Source: an uncultured delta proteobacterium (GTDB lineage: Bacteria; Desulfobacterota; Binatia; JACPRU01). Taken from it: DNA of 64,000 nucleotides. Below are positions 29,477-38,641 of the stretch, piece by piece; the stretch's first letter is position 1; every line of letters starts with the position of its first letter. The translations under genes and the position numbers were made by a program. Under the pieces are notes generated by a model. The model did not search any database. It was not told where the DNA came from and was given only the letters and a program-made list of their open reading frames with translations. The stretch is taken from positions 128,001 through 192,000 of the forward strand of contig CAVUWD010000010.1 of assembly GCA_963745025.1 (NCBI GenBank), read 5' to 3'.

Positions 29477-30184
29477 ATGACGATCCGCGAGCGCCTGCGC
29501 CGGCTCGATTGGCGCGCCCTCGAGGAGTCGCTCTGGGAGCGCGGCTACGCGCGGACGCCGCCTCTCTTGAGCGAGGAGGAGTGCCGGAGCTTGATCGCGG
29601 CCTACGCAGACGAGGGGTGCTTCCGCAAGCACGTCGACATGGCGCGCCTTCGCTTTGGAGTGGGCGACTACCGATACTTCCGCGAGCCGCTGCCGCCGCT
29701 CGTTCAAGAGCTGCGCGTCCACGGCTATCGGCACCTCGCGCCGATCGCCAATCGCTGGCTCGAGGCCTACGGTGAGCGCCGTCGCTTTCCGGCATCGCTG
29801 CGCGAGTTTCGCGCCGCCTGCGCCGCTCAGGGCCAGACCGATCCTACGCCGCTGCTGCTGCGCTACCGCGAGGGGGGCTACAACCGTCTCCACCAGGACC
29901 TATACGGCGCGCTGGCGTTCCCGCTGCAGATGACGTGCTTTCTTTCGCAACCGGGAAAGGACTTCGCCGGGGGCGAGTTCCTTCTCGTGGAGAGCGAGCC
30001 GCGCGTGCAGTCGCGCGGCGAAGCAATCGCCGCCGAGCGCGGCGAGATCGTCATCTTTCCCACCCGCGAGCGCCCGGTGCGAGGCAAGCAGCGCATTCGC
30101 CGCGCGCGCATGCGGCACGGGGTTTCGCGAGTGACGTCGGGATCGCGCTACGCGCTTGGCGTTATCTTTCACGACGCCCGTTGA
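29477..30184 (+). CDS. 2OG-Fe(II) oxygenase (DUF2086-like)
   Basis: PTPLLLRY..YNRLHQDLYG, GGEF, MRHGVS, RYALGVIFHDA. Confidence 0.88.
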   Translation: MTIRERLRRLDWRALEESLWERGYARTPPLLSEEECRSLIAAYADEGCFRKHVDMARLRFGVGDYRYFREPLPPLVQELRVHGYRHLAPIANRWLEAYGERRRFPASLREFRAACAAQGQTDPTPLLLRYREGGYNRLHQDLYGALAFPLQMTCFLSQPGKDFAGGEFLLVESEPRVQSRGEAIAAERGEIVIFPTRERPVRGKQRIRRARMRHGVSRVTSGSRYALGVIFHDAR

Positions 30185-30242
30185 GCCTTTTGTGGCGACG
30201 GCAGGAGGCGCGGCCGAGCGCGAGAACGCTCGCGCAGAGGCA

Positions 30243-30294
30243 GGCTACGGGCTACGGGAAACGACGAGAGGATCGTCGCCGGTAGCCCGTAGCC
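30243..30294. repeat. Palindromic hairpin between convergent genes (terminator or REP-like)
   Basis: GGCTACGGGCTAC ... GTAGCCCGTAGCC, 13-bp perfect arms. Confidence 0.55.
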
Positions 30295-30299
30295 GTTCC

Positions 30300-31190
30300 T
30301 CAGCTCGTCTTGCTTCTCACGTACTCGCCGATCCGCTCGATCGATTGCTGGCCCTCGTCGAGCATGGACGCGAACAGCTGCCAGACGTGGATCATTCCCT
30401 CCGCGGGCTCGTAGGTGACTGCGACGCCGGCCTTGCGCGCGCGCTCGGCGATCCTCGAGGCGTCGTCGAGCAGCGTCTCCCAGGTGCCGACCAGGATCAG
30501 CAGCGGGGGCAGCCCGGAGAGATCTGCATAGAGCGGCGCGGCGAGCGGCGTGCGCGGGTGCTTGCCGCCGAGGTAGAGCGTCGCGAGCTGCACGAGGCCG
30601 TCCTTCTTCACCATCGGATCGAGCTCGGCCCTGCTCGTCATCGAGTCGCCGATGCCCTCGAGGTCGACCCACGGCGAGAGGCAGACGCCCGCGGCGGGCA
30701 GCGTCTCTCCGGCGTCGCGCAGCGCGACCAGCGTGGCGATCGTCAGACCGCCGCCCGCCGAGTCGCCGGCGATCGCGATCCGCTTCGGCGAGAGCCCTTG
30801 CGCGAGAAGCCAGCGATAGGCGGCGGTGGCGTCTTCCACGGCCGCGGGATGCGGATGCTCGGGCGCCAGACGATAGCCGATCAACAGGACGCGCGCCTTT
30901 GCCGCGCGTGAGAGACCCGCGGCGAGCGCCCGGTGCGTGTTGATCGAGCCGATGACGTAGCCGCCGCCGTGCAGGTGGAGGATCACACGATCGGACGCGG
31001 CGCCGGGCGCCGTCACCCACTCGGCTTCCACGGTTCCCGCCGTGACGGGCTCGCACTTCACGTCGGCAGGGACGGGGAACAACGATGCCATCTGTTCGAA
31101 TCCGGCACGCACCGCTTCGATCTCTGGCTGCTCGAGCAGCGGGTTCGCCTTGAGTTGCTGGATGATCGCCTGCAGTTGCTCCTGAGACAT
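30300..31190 (-). CDS. HSL-family alpha/beta hydrolase (esterase/lactonase)
   Basis: HGGGY, YRLAPEHP, GDSAGG, MIHVW. Confidence 0.93.
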   Translation of the reverse strand: MSQEQLQAIIQQLKANPLLEQPEIEAVRAGFEQMASLFPVPADVKCEPVTAGTVEAEWVTAPGAASDRVILHLHGGGYVIGSINTHRALAAGLSRAAKARVLLIGYRLAPEHPHPAAVEDATAAYRWLLAQGLSPKRIAIAGDSAGGGLTIATLVALRDAGETLPAAGVCLSPWVDLEGIGDSMTSRAELDPMVKKDGLVQLATLYLGGKHPRTPLAAPLYADLSGLPPLLILVGTWETLLDDASRIAERARKAGVAVTYEPAEGMIHVWQLFASMLDEGQQSIERIGEYVRSKTS

Positions 31191-31495
31191 GACGTCCTCC
31201 TCTCGTTTCGTCAGCTGGCGCGGAAGCGTGCGGGCGTTTTTGCAAAACGCCCGCACGGCCCTGCGTGGTCAACGGGTCCGTATAGATGATCCAGGGCTTC
31301 GGCTTCAAACCCGAGCTGTCCTGCGAAGCTGCCGTCGAGGCCCTGATCGATGGCTCGCTGCGTCAAGAGCATCGACGGCGGAGCGCATTTCTTGATTTCC
31401 TCACGGAGCTCGCGAACGCGGCCGAGGAGGCCGGCGCGTGGCGCCGTTGTCAGCGTTTGTCAGAGCCCCTCGAGCATGGTTGAAGCTCTGCGAGG

Positions 31496-32128
31496 ATGCG
31501 ACGCGCGGACGAGGAGCCGGTCCAGTTCCCCAGCGGAGCGCTCTCGCTCGAAGGTCGGCTGTCGATTCCTCCCGCGGCAACGCGGGCGGCCGTCGTCTGC
31601 CACCCGCACCCGCAGTACGGCGGAGACATGGACAACACGATCGTGCTCGCGACGGCGGGTGCGCTGCGCCGCCGCGGCATCGCGACGCTGCGGTTCAACT
31701 TCCGCGGCGTCGGGCGAAGCGAGGGTCGCTACGGCGAGGGCCTCGGCGAGGTCGACGACGCGCGCGCGGCGGTCGAGCGCTTGCGCGAGGAGTTGCCGAA
31801 CGCGCCGATCGCGCTCGGCGGCTACTCCTTCGGCGCGATGGTCGCGCTGCTCGCGGGGCACGACCACGCCGAGGTCGACCGACTCTTCGCGATCGCCTTG
31901 CCGGCATCGATGTTCGACGTCTCCCCGATCGCCGCGTCCCCGAAGCCGAAGCTCTTTCTGTTCGGCGATCGCGACCCGTACTGTCCCTACGCGGCGCTCG
32001 CAGCGGTCGTGAAGGGGCTGGCGGGCGAGAACGAGCTCCGCCGCCTGAACGGCGCCGACCATTTCCTCTTCGGCTTCGAGGAGGAGGTCGGCGAAGCGGT
32101 GGCGCGCTTCTGTGCGCCCGCGGCGTAG
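31496..32128 (+). CDS. Alpha/beta hydrolase
   Basis: CHPHPQYGGDMDN, RFNFRGVG, GYSFG, GADHF. Confidence 0.9.
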   Translation: MRRADEEPVQFPSGALSLEGRLSIPPAATRAAVVCHPHPQYGGDMDNTIVLATAGALRRRGIATLRFNFRGVGRSEGRYGEGLGEVDDARAAVERLREELPNAPIALGGYSFGAMVALLAGHDHAEVDRLFAIALPASMFDVSPIAASPKPKLFLFGDRDPYCPYAALAAVVKGLAGENELRRLNGADHFLFGFEEEVGEAVARFCAPAA

Positions 32129-32133
32129 AGGGC

Positions 32134-32418
32134 CTACGCGTCGACCTTCACGCCCCGCCAGAACGCCACGTAGCCCCTGATGTTGTCCGCCGCGGGCTTG
32201 GTCTGCGGGTAGTACCAGGCGGCGTCCTTGTTGACCTGCCCGTCGACGACGACGTCGAAGTAGCTGGCTTCGCCTTTCCAGGGGCAGGTCGTGTGGGTCG
32301 CGCTCTCGCGGAAGTACTCGCGGCGGATCGCGTCGGGGGGAAAGTACTGGTTTCCTTCCACGACCTCGCAGCGGGTGCTCTCGGCGAGCACGGCCCCGTT
32401 CCACGTCGCTTTGGGCAT
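32134..32418 (-). CDS. DUF427 domain protein
   Basis: VEGNQYFP, TTCPWKGEASY, AAWYYP, GYVAFW. Confidence 0.92.
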   Translation of the reverse strand: MPKATWNGAVLAESTRCEVVEGNQYFPPDAIRREYFRESATHTTCPWKGEASYFDVVVDGQVNKDAAWYYPQTKPAADNIRGYVAFWRGVKVDA

Positions 32419-32486
32419 GATCGATCTCCTTCCTCAAAACAGCCGGCGTGTCGCGATGTCGGCGCCCTCGTCCGGCCGCGGGCGAC

Positions 32487-33899
32487 TCAAACCTCTGGCC
32501 ACTCCGGGTGCCAGGGCCGCTCGCGCTCGAATGCCCGCGCCGCCTGAAGCACTAGATCCTCGCGGTGACGGGGACCGACGAGCTGCATGCCGATCGGCAG
32601 GCGCGCCCGCGACAGGCCCGCTCGGACGGTCGCCGCGGGATGCCAGGACAGATTGAACGGAATCGTGAACGAGGCGACGCTCAACGGCACCTGCGGACGG
32701 CCTTCGGTCTCGGCCGGAAATGGACCGCGAGCAGGAGGCGGATCGTAGGGAACCGTCGGCGTGACGAGCAGATCGAACCGCTCGAAGCTTCGCGCGCACC
32801 AGTCGTTGAGCTCCGCGCGCAGACGAGCCCCTTCTCCCCAGAGCTCGGGCGTCATTTTCCAGCCGAGACGCACGGTCTCGAGGAAGGCTCGTCCGAAATC
32901 GGGCGCTCGCCCCGGGAGCAGCGAATGGAGCTGCGAGGCGAGCTCGAAGCTGCCGAGGATGCTCCATTCCCGTCCGATCATCGGCGGCCCGTCCGGCAGC
33001 GGTTCGACGCCGTGACCGAGCTTGCCGAACACCGCCGCCGCTTCCTCGACGGCGGCGGCGACGTCCGACTGCACCACGGCGTAGCCGAGATCGAGCGAGA
33101 TGCCGATGCGAAGCTTCCCGGCAAGCGGCGTGCGCACCGTCTCGAGGTAGGAAAGGCCCGGATGCGGCAGGCTGTTCGGATCGTGAGGCGAGGGGCCGAC
33201 CACCTGATCGAGGAAAAACGCTCCGTCTTCGACCGTCTTGGTGAGCGGCCCGCAGACCGCCGTATCGCCGTAGCCCCAATGTTTCGAAGGTCCGACCGGG
33301 ATGCGCCCGAACGACGGCTTCAGGCCGAACGCGCCGGTGAAGCTCGCCGGGATGCGGATCGAGCCGCCGCCGTCGCTCGCGGTCACCAGGGGAAGCACCG
33401 AGCCAACGAGCGCCGCCGCCGAACCGCCGCTCGATCCGCCAGGGGTGCGATCGAGATTCCAGGGGGAACGCGTCACGCCGTAGACGAGGTTCTTGGTGAT
33501 CGCCGCGTAGCCGAACTCGGGCGTATTGGTCTTGCCGACGACGATCGCTCCCGCCGAGCGCAGCCGCGAGACCTGCGTCGAGTCGCGCTTGGCGACGTTG
33601 CCGCGAAAGGGCACCGAGCCTTGCGAGGTGACGAGCCCCGCGACGTCCTCGAGATCCTTGACGCCGAGCGGGACGCCCTCCAGGGGGCGGGCTTCTCCGC
33701 GGGCGATTCGCTCGCCGGCCGCGCGCGCGTCGGCGCGGAGCGCGTCACGGTCGCGCAGGGTCACCACGGCGTTCAGCGACGACCCGGTCGCCTCGACGCG
33801 GGCGAGCACGAGCTCCAGCAGCTCGACGGGCGAGATTTGCCGCCGCCGCAGCGCATCGCTCAGCTCGATCAGGCTCGATCTGCGAAGGTCGAAGTCCAT
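32487..33899 (-). CDS. Amidase signature family protein
   Basis: GVKD, GKTNTPEFG, PGGSSGGSAA, SDGGGSIRIPAS. Confidence 0.93.
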   Translation of the reverse strand: MDFDLRRSSLIELSDALRRRQISPVELLELVLARVEATGSSLNAVVTLRDRDALRADARAAGERIARGEARPLEGVPLGVKDLEDVAGLVTSQGSVPFRGNVAKRDSTQVSRLRSAGAIVVGKTNTPEFGYAAITKNLVYGVTRSPWNLDRTPGGSSGGSAAALVGSVLPLVTASDGGGSIRIPASFTGAFGLKPSFGRIPVGPSKHWGYGDTAVCGPLTKTVEDGAFFLDQVVGPSPHDPNSLPHPGLSYLETVRTPLAGKLRIGISLDLGYAVVQSDVAAAVEEAAAVFGKLGHGVEPLPDGPPMIGREWSILGSFELASQLHSLLPGRAPDFGRAFLETVRLGWKMTPELWGEGARLRAELNDWCARSFERFDLLVTPTVPYDPPPARGPFPAETEGRPQVPLSVASFTIPFNLSWHPAATVRAGLSRARLPIGMQLVGPRHREDLVLQAARAFERERPWHPEWPEV

Positions 33900-33904
33900 G
33901 AAGC

Positions 33905-34123
33905 TCACCAGTAGAGGGCGGCGTCGCCGCTCGCCGGGTCGAAACCGACCCGGGGCAGCGGTCCGAGGCGGAAGCGGCGGCCGCTCACGCCGCGCCACGG
34001 ACAGGTGACGCAACCGTCGTCGATCGCGACCCGTGTCAGCTCGGTCGTCTCCACGCGGCGCATCTTCGTGCAGCCGGCGGTCGAGTTGCAAGAAGGGTCA
34101 ACTGGGAGATGGTCGACTGGCAT
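33905..34123 (-). pseudogene. Small ORF, possible degenerate Rieske-domain remnant
   Basis: DDGCVTCPWRG..RFRLGPLP resembles Rieske box II CPWHG; coupled to MFS stop (TGATG) and an in-frame amidase GTG. Confidence 0.3.
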
Positions 34124-35376
34124 CAAGCGCCCGGCATCGGCGCTCGGCTGATCTCGATCGGCCCCATGCCGGCTCCGAGCGGGACGGCCTCGACCGTCAC
34201 GGGCGCAAACCGGCCGAGGAGGAGAAACGCCGGCGCGGTCGCGAGGAAGAGCGCCGCCGACAGCAACCACGACGCGGGGATCCCGTGGTCGCGCGCGACG
34301 AAGCCGATCACGACGAGGCCGGCGCCCCCGCCGAGCGTTCCGATCATCGACCGAATCGACAAGACGGTGGCGCGGCGCTCGGCGGCGACGTGCTCGTTCA
34401 TCCACGCCTGCATCACCGGCTCGCTCAGGCCGAAGCTCACCTCCTGGAGGAGCCAGCCGCCGAGCGCTGGAGAAAAGGTGGTCGCCAGCGCGGCGACGCC
34501 GAGCGCCACGCCGCGCCACGCGGCCGACAGGCAGAGCACGCGCTCGCGGCGCAGCCGCTCGAGGAGCCGCGGCAAGAGTGCGCTGCCGGCGACCGCCGCG
34601 AGGTTCAGCAACACCCAGAGCCAGCCGATGATCCACACGCCCTCCGCGGAGAGGTCGATCATGCGCTGCTGCCAGAGCATGTGCGCTGGGATGGCCGCAA
34701 AGAACGAAGCGCCCGTGAGCGCGCAGACGAGCCCGAGAACGGGCGTGCCGTGCACCGATCGAAATCCCTCGCGCATCGCGGTGAGCAGGCCCGGTCGCGT
34801 CGCCGCCGGTATCGCTCCCTTCGGCGCCTCGTGCATCCGCCAGAGGGCGATCGCGCCCGTCGAGACGAAGCCGCCGGTGGCGACCCACCAGGGAAGCGAG
34901 AAATCGACGGCGGCGAGATATGCGCAGGCGAGGCCGCCGACGATCATCATCACCCGTGCGAGCATCTGTGCGCGCGCGAAGAAGCGCGCGACCGGTCGCT
35001 CGTCGCCCTCGGCGCGCATGCCATCGATCGCCCAGGCATCGAGCGCACCGCTGGCGAGCGTGGTGCCGACACCGTCGATCACCTCGGCGACGGCGCAGTC
35101 CCGGAAGTCGTGCGCCACGGCGTAGAGGCCGAACGCGAGCGCCCGGACGGCGCAGGCAAGGAGGAAGGACGTCTTGCGGCCGACGAGGTCGGCGGCGGCC
35201 CCCGTCGGCACCTCGAAGGCGAAGATGACGACCAGGTAGATGGCGAGCACGAGGTTCACCTCGAGCGCGTCGAGGCCGCGGCTACGCAGAAACAGCGGGT
35301 AGACCGGTGCGATGAACCACGCCCAGAGGCTGTAGAGGCCGAAGACCAGATAGTATGTGCGCTCGGTGCGGGTCAT
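34123..35376 (-). CDS. MFS transporter
   Basis: About 12 TM; FEVPTGAAADLVGRK motif A, ASGALDAW, RATVLS. Confidence 0.9.
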   Translation of the reverse strand: MTRTERTYYLVFGLYSLWAWFIAPVYPLFLRSRGLDALEVNLVLAIYLVVIFAFEVPTGAAADLVGRKTSFLLACAVRALAFGLYAVAHDFRDCAVAEVIDGVGTTLASGALDAWAIDGMRAEGDERPVARFFARAQMLARVMMIVGGLACAYLAAVDFSLPWWVATGGFVSTGAIALWRMHEAPKGAIPAATRPGLLTAMREGFRSVHGTPVLGLVCALTGASFFAAIPAHMLWQQRMIDLSAEGVWIIGWLWVLLNLAAVAGSALLPRLLERLRRERVLCLSAAWRGVALGVAALATTFSPALGGWLLQEVSFGLSEPVMQAWMNEHVAAERRATVLSIRSMIGTLGGGAGLVVIGFVARDHGIPASWLLSAALFLATAPAFLLLGRFAPVTVEAVPLGAGMGPIEISRAPMPGA

Positions 35377-35533
35377 GGGTAACCCGTAACCGTAGCGCCG
35401 CCGCGGGACTGAGGCAACGGGAATCGGCTCGTGCGATGTGACCCGCACCCGATCAGTTTTCGCACGACGCTCGAGGAGACGGACGCGGTCGGTTGTGGTC
35501 GGCCCGTACTCGGGTCGATCACAATCAACCGCA

Positions 35534-35649
35534 ACCGCGCGGAGCGCGGAAGACAATAACCCTCGACACTGGTCTATTGTCTTCCGCGCTCGCGCGCGGT
35601 GGCTGGATTTTCCGGTCGACCCGAATCCGGGCCGACCGGAAAGTCCAGC
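35534..35649. repeat. Two adjacent long hairpins in the pfp-MFS intergenic region
   Basis: GAGCGCGGAAGACAATA/TATTGTCTTCCGCGCTC (17-bp perfect) and CTGGATTTTCCGGTCGACCCG/CGGGCCGACCGGAAAGTCCAG (19 of 21). Confidence 0.7.
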
Positions 35650-35828
35650 GCTTCCGGATCTCGAGCGCCGGAGGCGAAGAGTGAGGCATCACTCGTGCGC
35701 AGGGCGGATACGGCGAATCGGAGGCAGCCGTATTCAAGGACCCGCGAACCCGGTGCGACCCCATCGGGCGCCGCCCGAAACGCCGCCCAGCCGCCCGCTG
35801 CGATCGCCAGATTCCGAAGGCCGCAGGC

Positions 35829-37127
35829 TCACCCGACTTTCGCCCGCTTTTCTGCGGCGGTTCGATACAGCAGGTCCTTCTCCATCAGGTAGCCGAACTG
35901 CATGCGGAATTCCTCGACCGAGATGCCGCAGACGGCGGCGAGCTTGCCGAGCTCGTCGGGATCGTCGAAGTCCGACTTGTTGAGCCGCAGCATGTAGCGG
36001 CGCGCGATCGAGTAGGACTCGGAGGCGACGTCGACCATGCGCACGCGCGTGCGGCCCGTCTCGTGATCGAGGATGTGTTTGAAGTAGAGCGGCACGAAGT
36101 GCCCGTCCTGAATCGACACCATCGCCGCGTTGCCGCCGTCGAGGACGAACTGCGCGGCGGAGAAGCCGAGGTCGCGCGTGTACTCCATGTCGAAGGGAAT
36201 CGGGTCCGCGCAGCGCAGCTCGTAGCCGATCTCCTTGTCGGCGATCGTGACCTTGATGCCGAAGCCCTTGAGGCGCGCCTGCACCTGTCGCTTGATGATG
36301 TCGCCGAAGTCGATCTCTCCGAGCCGAATGTGCCCGTGCGCGTCGCGCTCCACCGACTCGAGCTCCTCGAGCTCGCGCGCGTCAAAGCGCTCGACGAGAC
36401 CCTCGGCCAGCACGGCGACCCCGTCGGTGCGGCCGTAGGAGAGCCGTTTGACGATCGCCCCGACCAGGATGTCGACCACGTGGCCGAGGCGGATCGGCGT
36501 GTCGGCGAACTCCTCCGGGATCACGGTCAGGGTCGCGCCCGCGGCCTTGCCGATGCCGAGCGCCAGATGCCCGGCCTTGCGGCCCATCGAAACCACGAAG
36601 TACCAGCGCGACGTGGTCTTGGCGTCGACCATCAGGTTACGGACGATGTCGACGCCTACGTCGCGCGCCGTTTGATAGCCGAAGGTCGGGATGCCGTGCG
36701 GCAAATCGAGGTCGTTGTCGATCGTCTTCGGCACGTGGACGACGTGGATCCGACCGGCGGCAGTTTCCTCGATCTTCATCGCGCTGTAGGCCGTGTCGTC
36801 GCCCCCGATCGTGATCAGCTTGTCGATGTTCAGCCGGAGGAGAGACGCGACCACGCTCTCGAGCAGCTTCTTGTCGTTCGTCGGGTTGTCGCGGGCGGTG
36901 CCGAGCGTCGAGCCGCCGCGGAAGTGGATGCGGCTCACCTGCTCGATGGTCAGATCGCGCGCGTGAGAGATGTCGCCGAGCATCAGCCACTTGAAGCCCT
37001 CCTCGATGCCGAGCACCGCCACGCCATCGAGATTGGCGCGAATCGTCGCCGCGGCGATCACGCTGTTGATTCCCGGCGCGGGCCCGCCGCCGACGAGGAT
37101 GCCGAGATTCTTGGGGTGCGTTGCCAT
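35829..37127 (-). CDS. pfp: Pyrophosphate-dependent phosphofructokinase
   Basis: GGGPAPGIN, IGGDDT and PKTIDND (PPi-type Asp and Lys), MGR, GYELR. Confidence 0.9.
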   Translation of the reverse strand: MATHPKNLGILVGGGPAPGINSVIAAATIRANLDGVAVLGIEEGFKWLMLGDISHARDLTIEQVSRIHFRGGSTLGTARDNPTNDKKLLESVVASLLRLNIDKLITIGGDDTAYSAMKIEETAAGRIHVVHVPKTIDNDLDLPHGIPTFGYQTARDVGVDIVRNLMVDAKTTSRWYFVVSMGRKAGHLALGIGKAAGATLTVIPEEFADTPIRLGHVVDILVGAIVKRLSYGRTDGVAVLAEGLVERFDARELEELESVERDAHGHIRLGEIDFGDIIKRQVQARLKGFGIKVTIADKEIGYELRCADPIPFDMEYTRDLGFSAAQFVLDGGNAAMVSIQDGHFVPLYFKHILDHETGRTRVRMVDVASESYSIARRYMLRLNKSDFDDPDELGKLAAVCGISVEEFRMQFGYLMEKDLLYRTAAEKRAKVG

Positions 37128-37248
37128 GAGCGCTCCGCTTCGCGGCCTTTGAATTGTGCGCCGAAGCCGCCCGCCGGGGAAGGGCTCGGGGAAGGTGTCG
37201 GCCACCGCTTCGCGGGGCAGCCGCTTCAGGAAATGGGGCCCGACGCCC

Positions 37249-37671
37249 TCAGTTCTTCTGCGCCCCGCGCATCATCAGATAGAGGCCGACGAACACGCCG
37301 AGGACCGCGATCACGAACAGCGTGAAGACCACGATGTTGGATAGCGGAGGCGCAAGCTCGAGCCCGCGCTGGCGGACGAGCGCGGCGATGATCGAAGCGA
37401 CGATGTTTCCCCACGCGGCGACGATGAACGACCAGGCGTAGAGCGGCACGCGCCGCTCGTCGAGCGACAGATGCTTCAGGGCCGCGCCCGCTGCGATCGT
37501 CAGGAGCCCGTTCAGTACGCCTTCGAGGTGCGCCATGCGCCAGGCGCGAACGTCGCCCTCGAGCCGCCCCATGGCCACCAGACCGAAGGGCAATCCGGCG
37601 AGCAGTCCCACCCAGATCACCGCCGCGCCGTGGAAGAGCATCTTGCGTACGTAGCCGTCGATCGTTTCCAT
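37249..37671 (-). CDS. Styrene-oxide-isomerase (StyC)-like membrane protein
   Basis: RKMxxHG, WRMAHLEGVLNG, WGN and RGL motifs in four TM helices. Confidence 0.6.
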   Translation of the reverse strand: METIDGYVRKMLFHGAAVIWVGLLAGLPFGLVAMGRLEGDVRAWRMAHLEGVLNGLLTIAAGAALKHLSLDERRVPLYAWSFIVAAWGNIVASIIAALVRQRGLELAPPLSNIVVFTLFVIAVLGVFVGLYLMMRGAQKN

Positions 37672-37758
37672 CCGCCTCCCCCGTCGTTAGACCTGCTGCG
37701 AATTTCGGATCGACGTTAGGCGGTTGCATGAATGCCGAAACGATGTCAACGAGCGCCG

Positions 37759-38568
37759 ATGTCCGCCCGTCTCGAGCTGCCTGCCGATCACCCGCACGTC
37801 GCCCTCGTCACGATCGACCGCCCCGAGCAGGCCAACTCGCTCGACCCGCGGACGCTCTTCGAGCTGGCGTCCGCGTGGCGGCGGATCGCCGGCGATCCCG
37901 AGATCCGCTGCGCTGTCGTGACGGGCGCCGGCGATCGCGTCTTTTGCGCCGGCATGGACATGAAGACGACGATTCCGGCCTCGCAGCGGTTCGCGCGCGG
38001 TGAGCGCATCGACGAGGAATCGATGGAAGGGCTGCGGAGCGTGGCGACGGCCCTGCTCGCCGACTTCGACTTGGGGACTCCGCTCGTCGCCGCGGTGAAC
38101 GGACACGCGCGCGCCGGCGGCTTCGATCTCCTCCTCGCCTGCGAGATCCGCTTCGCGGTGCCGCACGCGACGTTCGCGCTGGAAGAGGTCGCGCTCGGTC
38201 TCTACCCGACGGGCAACGCCACGGTCCTCCTGCCTCGGCAGATCCCGTGGGTGCACGCCCACGAGCTACTGCTCGCCGCCCGGGCGATCTCCGCCGAGCG
38301 CGCGCTGGCCATCGGCCTGGTGAACGAGATCGTTCCGCCCGAGCGGCTGCTTCGGCGTGCGTTCGAGTGCGCGGACGCGATCGCCGGCAACGCTCCGCTG
38401 GCCGTCCGCGAGACACGTCGCGGAGTGCGCGAGATCCTCCACCTGTCGCTCGCGGACGCCTATCGGCGGCAAGAGGAGATCGGACGCGAGCTTCGCAAGA
38501 CCGAGGACGCGCGCGAAGCGCAGCGCGCCTTCGTCGAGAAGCGGAAGCCGCGGTGGCGGGGGAAGTGA
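37759..38568 (+). CDS. Enoyl-CoA hydratase/isomerase family protein
   Basis: FCAGMD, AAVNGHARAGG, EEVALGLYP, AFVEKRKP. Confidence 0.92.
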   Translation: MSARLELPADHPHVALVTIDRPEQANSLDPRTLFELASAWRRIAGDPEIRCAVVTGAGDRVFCAGMDMKTTIPASQRFARGERIDEESMEGLRSVATALLADFDLGTPLVAAVNGHARAGGFDLLLACEIRFAVPHATFALEEVALGLYPTGNATVLLPRQIPWVHAHELLLAARAISAERALAIGLVNEIVPPERLLRRAFECADAIAGNAPLAVRETRRGVREILHLSLADAYRRQEEIGRELRKTEDAREAQRAFVEKRKPRWRGK

Positions 38569-38641
38569 ACGGCTACCGGTAAAGACTTCGCGGTTCCTTT
38601 GCGGTAGTCGGTAGCCGGAAGCCGGTAGCCTCCTGCGAGGC

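Noticed and set aside
31286-31483. 65-aa ORF before the alpha/beta hydrolase
   Set aside because: No recognisable motif or RBS; could be a remnant but cannot be supported
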